Of a stretch of DNA of 64,000 nucleotides, positions 40,576-53,063 are shown piece by piece (position 1 is the first letter of the stretch; the number at the start of each line of letters is the position of its first letter). Made by a program: the position numbers and the translations under genes. The notes under the pieces are model-generated. The model was not told the DNA's origin. It ran no database searches and worked only from the letters and a program-made list of their open reading frames with translations. The DNA comes from Octopus sinensis. Its lineage: Eukaryota. Where the stretch lies: positions 119,164,001-119,228,000 of the forward strand of contig NC_042998.1 of the NCBI RefSeq assembly GCF_006345805.1, written 5' to 3'.

Positions 40576-40653
40576 GCGGCTGAAGAAGGCCATAGACACA
40601 CATTATGCATTGTTATAAATCCGTCTAATAAAGGCCCGAAACATATGTACCGC
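40576..40653 (+). ncRNA. Type I hammerhead ribozyme motif, canonical core, extended stem II
   Basis: GCGG-CTGAAGA-AGGCC A TAGAC..GTCTA ATAAA GGCCC-GAAA-CATATG-TA-CCGC. GUA triplet; the first stem II pair is A.C. Confidence 0.7.
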
Positions 40654-40686
40654 TGAATCCTTGGCATCATGTTTTTATTTTGATTA

Positions 40687-40737
<51 letters not shown>

Positions 40738-40908
40738 ATATATAATATATATATAATATATATATTTAAGTAGGTGAATGAATTATCCTAGTATTGATAA
40801 TTCGGTTAATCGATGGCTGGGTAGCAAATTCACGTCAGAAAACACGGTTGTAGCTACATGCCAAGGGTAGAAACCCCGTGTTCTTGTGTGGTAATTTGTG
40901 TATTTTTT

Positions 40909-41236
40909 TAAATGAATAAATGAAAGAATGGAGTCGAACGAAGATTTTAACAAAATTCCTTTACTTTCAACACATGTTTCGAAGACTGCATATTCTTAAT
41001 TCCGAAGGAATAAAGGGTGCATTGTGTTCACTGTGAACACAATGTAGGAAGTCATAAAAAAGTTTTTGTCCGTCTTGAGGCTGATAGAGGTTCCTTGTCT
41101 TTCCTGATGAAAAGACGGCATAATGCACCCTTTATTCCTTCGGAATTAAGAATATGCATTCTTCGAAACATGTGTTGAAAGTAAAGGAATTTTGTTAAAA
41201 TCTTCGTTCGACTCTATTCTTTCATTTATTCATTTA
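40909..41236. repeat. 115-bp inverted repeat (40909-41023 / 41122-41236), PLE pLTR fold-back
   Basis: Arms differ at about 2 positions. The right arm completes a hammerhead motif. Confidence 0.9.
41099..41181 (+). ncRNA. Type I hammerhead ribozyme motif, canonical core, long stem II
   Basis: CTTTC-CTGATGA-AAAG..AATGCA..TGCATT CTTC-GAAA-CATGTG-TT-GAAAG. GUU triplet. Confidence 0.65.
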
Positions 41237-41453
41237 TATATATATATATATATATATAACTACAAAATTAGAGAATGGAGAAATATACTTAAATCAGTAA
41301 AACATCAACTATCCGATGATACTCAATCCATACTTTAATACACCATTACATATGAGTAAAGGCAATACATAAAATGAAATGAGATATACAGTAATAGTAA
41401 AAAGATAAAGAGATATAAGTAAAAAATTTTCAAATATAATATGCAAATAAATC

Positions 41454-41569
41454 AAAACTGACAGCTGTTTCGGCAGTGAGGACAGTCATACCTCATTTAA
41501 CCTATAAGCCATAAAAGCAGGTATAAATGAGGCATTAACAAGGATGCCCCACGGCCTCTTCAGAGAATT
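41454..41569 (-). ncRNA. Hammerhead ribozyme motif (left arm copy, sense to the endonuclease)
   Basis: Reverse complement of 45567-45682. Confidence 0.65.
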
Positions 41570-41925
41570 AAATTAAATTTGTTATAATAGTGAAAAATAT
41601 TATACAATCATATACATATAAATATAAAAATATAAAAATGTAAAATATAAAAACTTATACATCATAAAGCTACACTTATATAATATAATACACATTTGTA
41701 CAAAAAAAGGAAGGTAAACAGAACAAAATAAAACAAAATATATAATAGTGTATATATTAATATCAATAAGTACCGATATTATACATATTTGGCTAATAGT
41801 TTTTTTTAATATATATAAAAAAAAAAAAAAAAAAGGGGCTAACATATATGGAGATGAAAAATAATAATTAAATCCGTGGTACAGTTCATAAGATTCTAAA
41901 GCTATAAAAGTTAATAAAAATTACT

Positions 41926-41992
<67 letters not shown>

Positions 41993-43709
41993 TATAATAA
42001 AAAATAGATACAGTTAAGTTAGCACCAAGTCCATCCTTACAAGATCGAAATAACTATGAGTTAAGAAATGCTGACCACTAGGTAAAGAAAATATAGATTA
42101 ATTCGATTGGCTATTGGTTTGAAATTTAAATCACAAAAGAAAATTATACGGTTGGTTAGTCAGGGAACGCCAATATTCACACACGCATCTAAAGATCAAT
42201 CGCACATACACACATAGTAATATGTATATGCATACACTTATACACATACATAATTACAAGCAACAACTAGCACATAGATAAACAAAAAGGGAAGCAACTA
42301 TGCTACAATTTAGTCCTTCAAAATTATAACTGTGCCTCAATAATAAAAGAAGAACCATTCATGCATTCCATAAAATATTTAATTTAGATATAAAAATATT
42401 TTTAAATATCAGTATGTTACTAAGTCAGATACTTATTTCATGGGTAACTTAAAATTTATAACACCGGTTTGTTGCAGAGTAAACATACGGTTGTTAGATT
42501 TATCGTAAGTTTGTTATGGTTTTAAGTACGCTAAATTATAAAATATAAAATATAAAATATATATTAATTTAAATATTATAAATAAGTCACTTATTAACTT
42601 AATAAATATAGTGCCATAATATACCAGTTTAGGCATTAAGAATAGAAGGGGAAGTATTAATGTAAACGCTTATGAGAACATCATAGAAATTTTAAATAAA
42701 TTTTATATTATAAAGACTTAAGATGAAAAGAGATAAAATAAATAAGAAGGAATAAATACGAAGGAATAAATACGGTTATACACATAATTATAAGTACAAA
42801 CCAGTATATATGTATTCATATATTATTAAAAATTAAATAAAAATAAATGATAGATATGTATGTATAAAACCACCCCAGTATAAGTAAATAAGTAAAAAAT
42901 AAATAGGTAGCAAATTAGATGACTTGATATGTATGTAAACATCTACACTTAAATAGGCAAATAAATAAATAAATAGAAGACTAGATGCAAAAATTGATAA
43001 TATTACAATAAAATGGAAAATAAATAAAAAATAATAAATAGAGTGAATATATATGTTATATTGTTGAAAGTAAATATGTATGGAAGGATAGTTTAAAGTA
43101 CAGATCCAGAAGACTATAGATATAAACTAAATATATGAGGCTGGTAATAATTATAAAGCATAATGCATGTAAATGAGAAAATGAAAAAAATGAAAAAGGT
43201 TTATCAGTGAATAGCATAAGATACAAATTAAGGTGAGTACAAAAAGACCAAATATACAATAAAAACCTTCCAAATAAACACATACAAAAAACCTATAATC
43301 TCAACCTAAACCCACCAAACTCACAAAAGGCTCTCCTATATTACATATTATACAATATCATTACATTATCCAGAGCTAGGTATCTACCCAAGATATATAT
43401 ATATACTATGCAATATACTATGCAATAATGGAAAACTTCAAAAATCACACATTACAAGGCAAGTACCAAAATGAATATGTTATTTTATGTCATATTGCAA
43501 TTCTCTTAAAAAACAAACAAAAATCCGCATACAAAAAACAAGAAACCAATAATACTAGACACATCCATTAATTATTATACAAATGTAGCTATAAAAATTA
43601 TAAAATTATAAAATATATAAATTGTATACTTTAGAAATTATAGAAGACCACAGGTATATTTAGTTAAAGAAGGGAGTTAAAAAATTAATAATAGTGGAAG
43701 TGCTAAGTT

Positions 43710-44134
43710 CTATTTGAATCTAGAAAAGGTGAACGGTAGCCTATGAATACAAAAGAAGTTTTTTTCATTAATGTTGTTAATAATTTGCCGACCCGCTTTA
43801 ATAATGAAGAAAATTTCATTAATACATAGAGAGCATTTTTTATTTTTTCCATTATACACAGGTGCTGAAGTTAGTATTTTCCAGTTTAATCTAAAATCTA
43901 AGTTCTTATTTTTAAGCTCCCAAATGTATGCACTTAGCCCTGTAGAGTACATTCTATTTTTATTCCTAAAAGTATATCTGTGATAATCCATCTTTGTTTT
44001 ATGCTATTCATAGTTGCCCCGATATACACCCTACTACTCAATTGTGTATCTACAGTGCATTGGTAAACTACCTCCTTCCTGAGGCATTGATTACCAAATA
44101 CACATTTATTTTTATTTCTGCAATTACAAAGATT
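43710..44134 (-). pseudogene. GIY-YIG endonuclease domain of a PLE (CNCR-linker type)
   Basis: NLCNCRNKNKCVFGNQCLRKEVVYQCTV...RVYIGATMNSIKQR, then a frameshift to HRYTFRN...STGLSAYIWELK...LNWKIL...KCSLCINE...NE...CIHR. Confidence 0.85.
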
Positions 44135-45141
44135 AACAGAATGAGGAAATCTTTGTAATTACAGAAATAAAAATAAATGTGTATTTGGTAATCAATGCCT
44201 CAGGAAGGAGGTAGTTTACCAATGCACTGTAGATACACAATTGAGTAGTAGGGTGTATATCGGGGCAACTATACATACATATCTATCATTTATTTTTATT
44301 TAATTTTTAATAATATATGAATACATATATACTGGTTTGTACTTATAATTATGTGTATAACCGTATTTATTCCTTCGTATTTATTCCTTCTTATTTATTT
44401 TATCTCTTTTCATCTTAAGTCTTTATAATATAAAATTTATTTAAAATTTCTATGATGTTCTCATAAGCGTTACATTAATACTTCCCCTTCTATTCTTTAA
44501 TGCCTAAACTGGTATATTATGGCACTATATTTATTAAGTTAATAAGTGACTTATTTATAATATTTAAATTATATATATTTTATATTTTATATTTTATAAT
44601 TTAGCGTACTTAAAACCATAACAAACTTACGATAAATCTAACAACCGTATGTTTACTCTGCAACAAACCGGTGTTATAAATTTTAAGTTACCCATGAAAT
44701 AAGTATCTGACTTAGTAACATACTGATATTTAAAAATATTTTTATATCTAAATTAAATATTTTATGGAATGCATGAATGGTTCTTCTTTTATTATTGAGG
44801 CACAGTTATAATTTTGAAGGACTAAATTGTAGCATAGTTGCTTCCCTTTTTGTTTATCTATGTGCTAGTTGTTGCTTGTAATTATGTATGTGTATAAGTG
44901 TATGCATATACATATTACTATGTGTGTATGTGCGATTGATCTGTAGATGCGTGTGTGAATATTGGCGTTCCCTGACTAACCAACCGTATAATTTTCTTTT
45001 GTGATTTAAATTTCAAACCAATAGCCAATCGAATTAATCTATATTTTCTTTACCTAGTGGTCAGCATTTCTTAACTCATAGTTATTTCGATCTTGTAAGG
45101 ATGGACTTGGTGCTAACTTAACTGTATCTATTTTTATTATA

Positions 45142-45208
<67 letters not shown>

Positions 45209-45566
45209 AGTAATTTTTATTAACTTTTATAGCTTTAGAATCTTATGAACTGTACCACGGATTTAATTATTATTTTTCATCTCCATATATGTTAGCCCCT
45301 TTTTTTTTTTTTTTTTTTTTATATATATATTAAAAAAAAACTATTAGCCAAATATGTATAATATCGGTACTTATTGATATTAATATATACACTATTTATA
45401 TTTTGTTTTATTTTGTTCTGTTTACCTTCCTTTTTTGTACAAATGTGTATTATATTATATAAGTGTAGCTTTATGATGTATAAGTTTTTATATTTTACAT
45501 TTTTATATTTTATATTTTATGTATATGATTGTATAATATTTTTCACTATTATAACAAATTTAATTT

Positions 45567-45682
45567 AATTCTCTGAAGAGGCCGTGGGGCATCCTTGTTA
45601 ATGCCTCATTTATACCTGCTTTTATGGCTTATAGGTTAAATGAGGTATGACTGTCCTCACTGCCGAAACAGCTGTCAGTTTT
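45567..45682 (+). ncRNA. Hammerhead ribozyme motif with branched stem II (right arm copy)
   Basis: CTGAAGA (45573-45579)-GGC...about 80 nt...GCC-GAAA-CAGCTG-TC-AG. GUC triplet; stem I is weak (2 bp, then mismatches). Confidence 0.65.
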
Positions 45683-46051
45683 GATTTATTTGCATATTAT
45701 ATTTGAAAATTTTTTACTTATATCTCTTTATCTTTTTACTATTACTGTATATCTCATTTCATTTTATGTATTGCCTTTACTCATATGTAATGGTGTATTA
45801 AAGTATGGATTGAGTATCATCGGATAGTTGATGTTTTACTGATTTAAGTATATTTCTCCATTCTCTAATTTTGTAGTATTAATTTACGGTAATATTATTA
45901 CCTTTACCCATATAATGCAATAGATGAACTGTTTGTTTGACATTTTTAACATCTATGTATTAATTTTGTTGTGGGTACCTATCTAGCAGTATATTGGATA
46001 TATATTATCCCATGGTGGGTTGAATTTTCAACCCCTATCTCATTTATAACC

Positions 46052-46097
<46 letters not shown>

Positions 46098-46112
46098 GTG
46101 TGTGTGTGTGTG

Positions 46113-46183
46113 TGGTGGATTAGTAGACAGAAACTTAAAGAAGTCCGTCATATATATATATATAATATGCATGTATGTATGTG

Positions 46184-46228
<45 letters not shown>

Positions 46229-46250
46229 GTGTGTATATGTATATATATAT

Positions 46251-46310
<60 letters not shown>

Positions 46311-46510
46311 TGTGTGTCTATGTTTGTCCATTGTCGCTTGACAACCAATGTTGGTGTGTTTATATCCCCGTAGCTTAGCGGTTCGGCAAAAGATACCGAT
46401 AGAATAAGTACTAAGCTTACAAAGAATAAATCCTGGGGTCGATTTGTTCGACTAAAGGCGGTGCCCCGCATGGTGACAGTCAAATGACTGAAACCAATAA
46501 AAGAATAAAT
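46113..46510 (+). mobile_element. SINE family A, 5'-truncated, with expanded internal (TA)n
   Basis: gtagacagaaact.aaagaagtccgtc...cttagcggttcggcaaaag...cagtcaaatgactgaaac. Confidence 0.85.
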
Positions 46511-47129
46511 GAATACCGCTCCTCTCAACTCATTAAATGGATATGACAACTGACCTTCTAGGGCTGTTGTAAATATTTATATCTATTATTTATCTCTCTC
46601 AGCTCTTTCCATCAAATACAAAATGATTTGATCGTTTTATGCTGTTAATCTTGGCCATATAATTTCGTTAATATTTTATTTCAATATTTTCACCTTTATT
46701 CTAGCTTATTTTGAGTATATTTCATATCTTGAATTGTTCGATTCTAATCAATGGTTAAATTTCATTTTCACTGCAAATAATCATTACCCTACAAATGAAT
46801 CCTCGTAAAATATTTTCTTCGTCTCTTGTCCAGTAACGCTTGACATCCCGGATAGCTGTCAATCAGAACATATAAACCGTTATTAATTGACCAGATAATA
46901 CATTATCATTACATTTTGCATCTATACATCACTATGTGAAGCGTATTACCATCTCTTTTAGTTTCTAGAACTCTTACCAGGTCTTTCATGCTATCCTTTT
47001 TATTTTCTTCTTTCTGAAGTTATTGTCTATGATTGATTCTTATAAGTGATTTTGGTAGTGCATTTTTTTAATTCTTTTTTTTTTATTATTATTTCATTAC
47101 GTGTTAATACATATATAAAAGCTGTTGTC

Positions 47130-47810
47130 GACTTTGCGTGCGAATAACGGAGGGCTTGGAATTTTTCAGCATTCAATTACGTGTTATATTCTTCCGCCCA
47201 GTTATATAGAATTTCGGTCATGCCACCCGTGCGTAATCTTTCCAGGGTTCAATGGTGATCCTTTTATATAGTCTGCGTTACGAGTAAAGGTGGATGTCTG
47301 TATACTTGAGAATATATTTGAGGGCATACATGAGTAAAGGTGGCTGTCTGTATACTTGAGTCCCACAATGAACATCAGTGGCCCCGAGAGAGTATATTAT
47401 GGGATTCCACTTACTGTTATTGTCTCTTGAATGGACTATTGGCTACTATTGCCTGACTTGTCTTTAAAAACCGTGAAGCTATTCCCTCAGTTTTCAGACT
47501 ACGCCGAGGTCCGACTATCCAGTTTGTGACATATTCTGTGATAGATTTTATCGAAAGATTTTCAAAATCGAGATATACCACATTCATATTTGAGTTGTTG
47601 AGAAGCTGTTTTAATAGTCAGTCATAACATTGCAAGAACTGTCAAGCAGCTTCTTCCTGGTCGATTCAAGTTGAAAAGGCAGTGCAAAATTATGGTTTAT
47701 AGCAATTTTATCTGGCAATTTATCCAAACTGAAGGAAATCGTAACCTTGTACTGTGTATTCAACTGGATTGATATATATTTTTTTGCTCTGCCTCCAGCA
47801 TTGTTGTCTT
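47130..47810 (-). pseudogene. Reverse-transcriptase relic of a CR1/L2-like LINE
   Basis: Minus-strand MNVVYLDF...FDKI.H, SGIP*...LGPLMFI, YNWAEEYN..LNAEKFQALRY. Confidence 0.75.
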
Positions 47811-47989
47811 TTATAACCATACGTGTATGCCCAACAGTATACTGACACATTTGATGTATGAGTGCATGTATGTGTGTGCGCGTATATTTGTGTGAATGTG
47901 TATATATACCTAACTGTAAATAAAAAATCAGATATATACCTAACTGTATATGAATTTTCATATGTATCTATATATATGTGAATACACAG

Positions 47990-48106
<117 letters not shown>

Positions 48107-49226
48107 TGAACGTGAAAATGTGCGTGCAATAACAAGAAAACACTATAAAACAGCAGAACTTAATGAGTTAGAGTAAAAACGTAGATTTATGAATCAAATA
48201 AATAACATTTGCTTTATTTTTTTTCCCATTATAGATATCCCCCACAAAATCACGACTTCATGGTGAAGCTATATGGTCGTGACTCAGCCATAAATTAAAC
48301 AGATATCATAAACACGACATAATATGGTACGAAAATATACTTTTACAATATATATGTAAATGGATATGTTTATATGTATGTATTCATGAATGAATGTATG
48401 TATGTATTTGTGTGCGTGTGAGCGCGTGTTTGCATAAGTGTATATGTGTAAGTATGTATATGTATGTGCGTGTGTATGTGCATATATATATGTGTATTTC
48501 TGGCTATATATATTTCAAATTTTTTGCCAATAGATAAAGAACCAGCTTCTAACCCGAAAACAAGGAACTTTCACTTGAATTTAAATAGCATAAACTATAA
48601 CTTCATGTATGTATATATGTATATCTGAATGTATGTGAGCAAGCATTTGAGTTTCACACATGCAAACACACACACAGACACACACACACACTAACACACA
48701 GACTTACACACATATACACACACACACATACATATTTATATACTAACATTTACATGTCTACACGAATGTATACGTACTTATTACAGCCTAAACTTTTAGA
48801 ATGTTTTACATATTTTCATTGTTCTTAGAATTATAACTTCCTGATTAGCCGTTGGTTTTCTGATTCTGTTATGCCCCTCCTCACATTATTGATGCTATGG
48901 CAAGTGGCTACATATCAAAGTCCTCCAATAATTGGAAGGAGAAACCTAAATCTATAGTTCGTACGGTATATTAAGACATTTGTTATCAGTTCGACAGAGA
49001 ATTTTTTCCATGTATGTATAACATTATGTACATGTAACTTCGAGCAAATAACTTCTACGGTTGAGTTATACAAGACTATTATATCTGGCCAGTTATACAT
49101 ACATTTTACTGAAAATTTGACATTATCATATTGTGAGTATGCATTGTACATCACTGTTGCGTCTTTACATATATATACATATATATGTATGAGTGATGTG
49201 TATGTATGTAAGTGCGTATGTACGTG

Positions 49227-49283
<57 letters not shown>

Positions 49284-49639
49284 CTATAAGATCGTTTTCC
49301 CTGGATTCTGTGATTTATATATCTCCCACTGAACGGGACGTCGATCTGTTGCAGGATTACTCAGTTCAGCCAGCAGAGTGGAATGGTGCGATGCAAAATG
49401 AGATGACAAAGGAATAAACTATTATCTTATGGACTTCATTAATTTACAACTGTCTCTGCCATGAAATACAGTGGATTCATTGTTGAGTGTCTGAGCAGCA
49501 CCCTATAGTTTCATCAGGGCCTCGAATTCCTTTGTTTTCTCAGTTTCTTGTTACCGCTGTGCTCGACTAGCGCTTCATTCTGAAGCATATGTATACTAAT
49601 TTTTCTCCCAGGTTATTGGTGTCGCAATGCCTAAGCAAA

Positions 49640-49679
<40 letters not shown>

Positions 49680-49683
<4 letters not shown>

Positions 49684-49800
49684 TTGTCATGCAAATTTCA
49701 AACACTCCTGGGACTCAAAAGTCATTTACGCTCTAATGCATGGAAAAAAACACATCTAACAAGAACCGGTCAAACTTTGAATTGGAGCAAACTACCTATA
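49680..49800 (+). mobile_element. Possible 3' tail of an RTE-type LINE
   Basis: CKFQTLLGLKSHLRS resembles the terminal GL.SH.R zinc-finger-like motif of RTE ORF2. Very short. Confidence 0.35.
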
Positions 49801-50109
49801 TATATGTGCGCGCGCGTGAGCGCGCGCGTGAGCGCACGTGTGTGCGTGTGTGCACGTGTGTGTGTGTATGTATGTGTGTGTGATTGTGTGTGTGTGTGTG
49901 TGTGCGTGTGTGTATAAATGCTTGTTGTTATTGGCAAATTATATTTTAAAAGAATTTCGAGCACATATTGGTTTCACATTGTGGCACTAGGTCATCAAGT
50001 TCGAAGGAGGAAATAAGCCGATTACATAGACGCCAGAGCTTGACTGTTAATTATACACACACAAATATATATGCTTATATAGAGAAAAAAAGTAATGTGT
50101 AAATAGGTA

Positions 50110-50357
50110 AAAGATAAAGTTACCTTCTCGAATCATATCGACTCATAAAGTCCGGTTTCCCTGCATATATAATCCCAACCTGGACGGGAAGCCGCACTGC
50201 CGCAGGATTACTAATTTTTGCCAGATGAGTGGACTGGAGCAACGTGAAATGAAGTGTTTTGTTCAAAAATGCAACACGCCACCCGGTCCAGGAATCGAAG
50301 CCAGAATCTTACGATCGTGAACCCAACGCCTCAACCACTAAGCCAAGCGCACCCACA
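50110..50357 (-). mobile_element. tRNA-derived SINE family D (V-domain-like core)
   Basis: Reverse complement GTGGGTGCGCTTGGCTTAGTGGTT...TTCGATTCC...CACTTCATTTCACGTTGCTCCAGTCCACTCA. Matches 59980-60181. Confidence 0.8.
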
Positions 50358-50394
50358 ATGTGTAATTAGATGCGTATAATGCTGAATATGTAAT

Positions 50395-50486
<92 letters not shown>

Positions 50487-50505
50487 TGTGTGTGTGTGTG
50501 TGCTT

Positions 50506-50725
50506 TAAGGCCGCGAGCTGGCAGAAACGTTAGCAAGCCGGGCGAAATTTTTTAGCTGTATTTCGCCTGTCTTTACGTTCTGTCTTCAAATTCCGCGGAG
50601 GTCGACTTTGCCTTTCATCCTTTGAGGGTCGATTGAATAAGTACCAGTTACGCACTTAATCCCTTTGTCTGTCCTTGTGCGCCCCCTCTATATTTAGCTC
50701 CCCTGTGGGCAATAAAGAAATAGAT
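50506..50725 (+). mobile_element. SINE family B
   Basis: aaggccgcgagctggcagaaacgttagc...ttcaaattccgcggaggtcgactttgcc. Confidence 0.88.
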
Positions 50726-50995
50726 ATGTTGAGATGCTATGTGGTGGTGGTGATGGCAGTGACGGCAGTAATAATGGTGATGTTGAGCGTAGTTTTATTT
50801 GTGGTACTGATACGATAACGATCAGGATCATGCTGTTGATAAAAAAAATATAATACTTAATGATGGCTATAAGGATTAAGATGATATTCTGGTAGCAATT
50901 AGCATATATATATAGATAGATAGGAAGACAGGCAGACGGACAGACAGACAGGCAAGCAGGCAGGCAGACATACAGACAGACAAATCGACAGACAA

Positions 50996-50997
50996 AG

Positions 50998-51090
<93 letters not shown>

Positions 51091-51091
51091 T

Positions 51092-51127
<36 letters not shown>

Positions 51128-51128
51128 G

Positions 51129-51206
<78 letters not shown>

Positions 51207-51207
51207 T

Positions 51208-51239
<32 letters not shown>

Positions 51240-51251
51240 GTAGATAGATAT

Positions 51252-51341
<90 letters not shown>

Positions 51342-51342
51342 C
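50996..51342. repeat. Long (GATA)n microsatellite
   Basis: Seen directly, about 345 bp. Confidence 0.97.
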
Positions 51343-51574
51343 ATTGTCATCTGTGGTACATGTATCTAGATCTTTCTCCTTACATTTGTATGTTTCAGTT
51401 AGAATCTCTCTAAACCTATTTCCAGTTGAACCAAATTTGTCCGTGTATATATATATATATATATATGGGGGGGGTGTATGTATATGCATGTATGTATGCA
51501 TATATATACAGAGAAAGAGGAAGATAGACACACACACACACATATATATACATATATACATATATGTACACACA

Positions 51575-51622
<48 letters not shown>

Positions 51623-52329
51623 TTAATATACATACATGCATACAAATAAACATACATATATATTGATATAGTTGTTGCTTGCTGTAAGGTGAAATATTTG
51701 CGATGTGTCGTGTGTTCAATGTGTAACTGCATTTACTGACTGCAAAAACATAATTTTACGAAAATATAACTTTTTTTTTCTGTTACAGAAAATTACATTA
51801 CAACCCACAAAATTCTGTTCCATGCTTCAACGGATAGGATAGCGCAGAAGCTTTGCGATAAATAAAATCTGTAAATTTACAGTAACAGTAATTGAAAGGG
51901 TGATGCATTTGTTATATAAAATGATAAGCAAGTTGACATTTGCTAAAGTTTATACAGCAAGAAAAGGAACGAGCCCTAGTTTGTTTACAACAGGCACAAA
52001 ATAATAGATGATGCGTTAACGCCAGAGCGATTTCGCATTACTCACTCAAAAACAAAACCTTGAGAAGGGACTAGACCTCTAACAATGACAAATATTATTG
52101 AAAGATAAGTGAATGTTTGTTGACACAAAGGAAGAAAATGTTATTGTTTCTCAAAAACTGAGAAAAGTAAATACAAGTATGTAAAGGAGCGAGAGAGTTG
52201 AGTTAAAAAATGCGTGATATCACCATCGAGGCGCTGGGAACCAAAAGTATATATTGCTTTTTAAATATGTAAAAGGAACAATGGTTATTCTTTCCAGGGA
52301 AGAAGTAGTTTTCAAATCAATTTTTACAG

Positions 52330-52790
52330 AGTCTTTATGAGGAGGAAATCTGAAAGCATGGAACGAAATATATATATGTGGAGTGGAAGCGTGTTTGTTT
52401 GCTTGTGTAGATTCAAATATATATGTATCTCTTTTTTTGCTTGTCTTGTTCCTTGGTTCGTGTCTATGTTTTTCGTCTCTCTATGTGTTCGACGTCTTTT
52501 TGGTGTCCTGTACACATATATGCGTGTATATGTACATGTAGAGGTAGGTACGTACATATATGTTTATATATATGCATATGTTCTATTTTATTAACATATA
52601 TATATATAAGTTTGAAAAGGAACACACGAGTTGATGTACATATGGAAAAATGTCAAGGTAGGAAATGCTAAAATAATTTTATAAAAGACATTTCAGTACC
52701 GGTTCCGGTCATTGAGATTTTTTCAACTGTTAGCATGGAAAACAAATTCAATTTTGGAAACATTAAATGAAAAGTATTTTAAAAGAATAT
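52330..52790. mobile_element. PLE pLTR-like element(s) with internal microsatellite and decayed U3-A8 hammerhead-like motif (52694-52729, minus)
   Basis: ggtgtcctgtac...gtagaggtaggtacgtac is shared with the 7800 and 32400 copies. Minus strand has CAG-TTGAAAA-AATC TCAAT GACC-GGAA-CCGG-TA-CTG. Confidence 0.5.
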
Positions 52791-52796
52791 TTGCAT

Positions 52797-53063
52797 AGGC
52801 GCAGGAGTGGCTGTGTGGTAAGTAGCTTGCTTACCAACCACATGGTTCCGGGTTCAGTCCCACTGCGTGGCACCTTGGGCAAGTGTCTTCTACTATAGCC
52901 TCGAGCCGGCCAAAACCTTGTGAGTGGATTTGGTAGACGGAAACTGAAAGGAGCCCGTCGTATATATGCATATGTATATATGTATGTCTGTGTATATGTT
53001 TGTGTGTCTGTGTTTGTCCCCCAACATCGCTTGACAATCGATGGTGGTGTGTTTACGTCCCCT
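52797..53063 (+). mobile_element. SINE family A, 3'-truncated
   Basis: Intact head and core; stops at gtttacgtcccc, where the pLTR-like unit begins. Confidence 0.9.

Larger units (their letters stand above)
41259..45877 (-). mobile_element. 5'-truncated Penelope-like element with long pLTR duplicated in inverted orientation
   Basis: Arms 41259-42866 and 44270-45877 are near-identical reverse complements. The spacer holds a GIY-YIG endonuclease coding end on the minus strand and a nested 125-bp inverted repeat. Confidence 0.88.

Noticed and set aside
41259-45877. Long terminal inverted repeats read as a DNA transposon (foldback/Mutator/Polinton)
   Set aside because: No TSD or transposase; the spacer encodes a PLE-type GIY-YIG end and the arms carry a hammerhead, which fits an inverted pLTR better.
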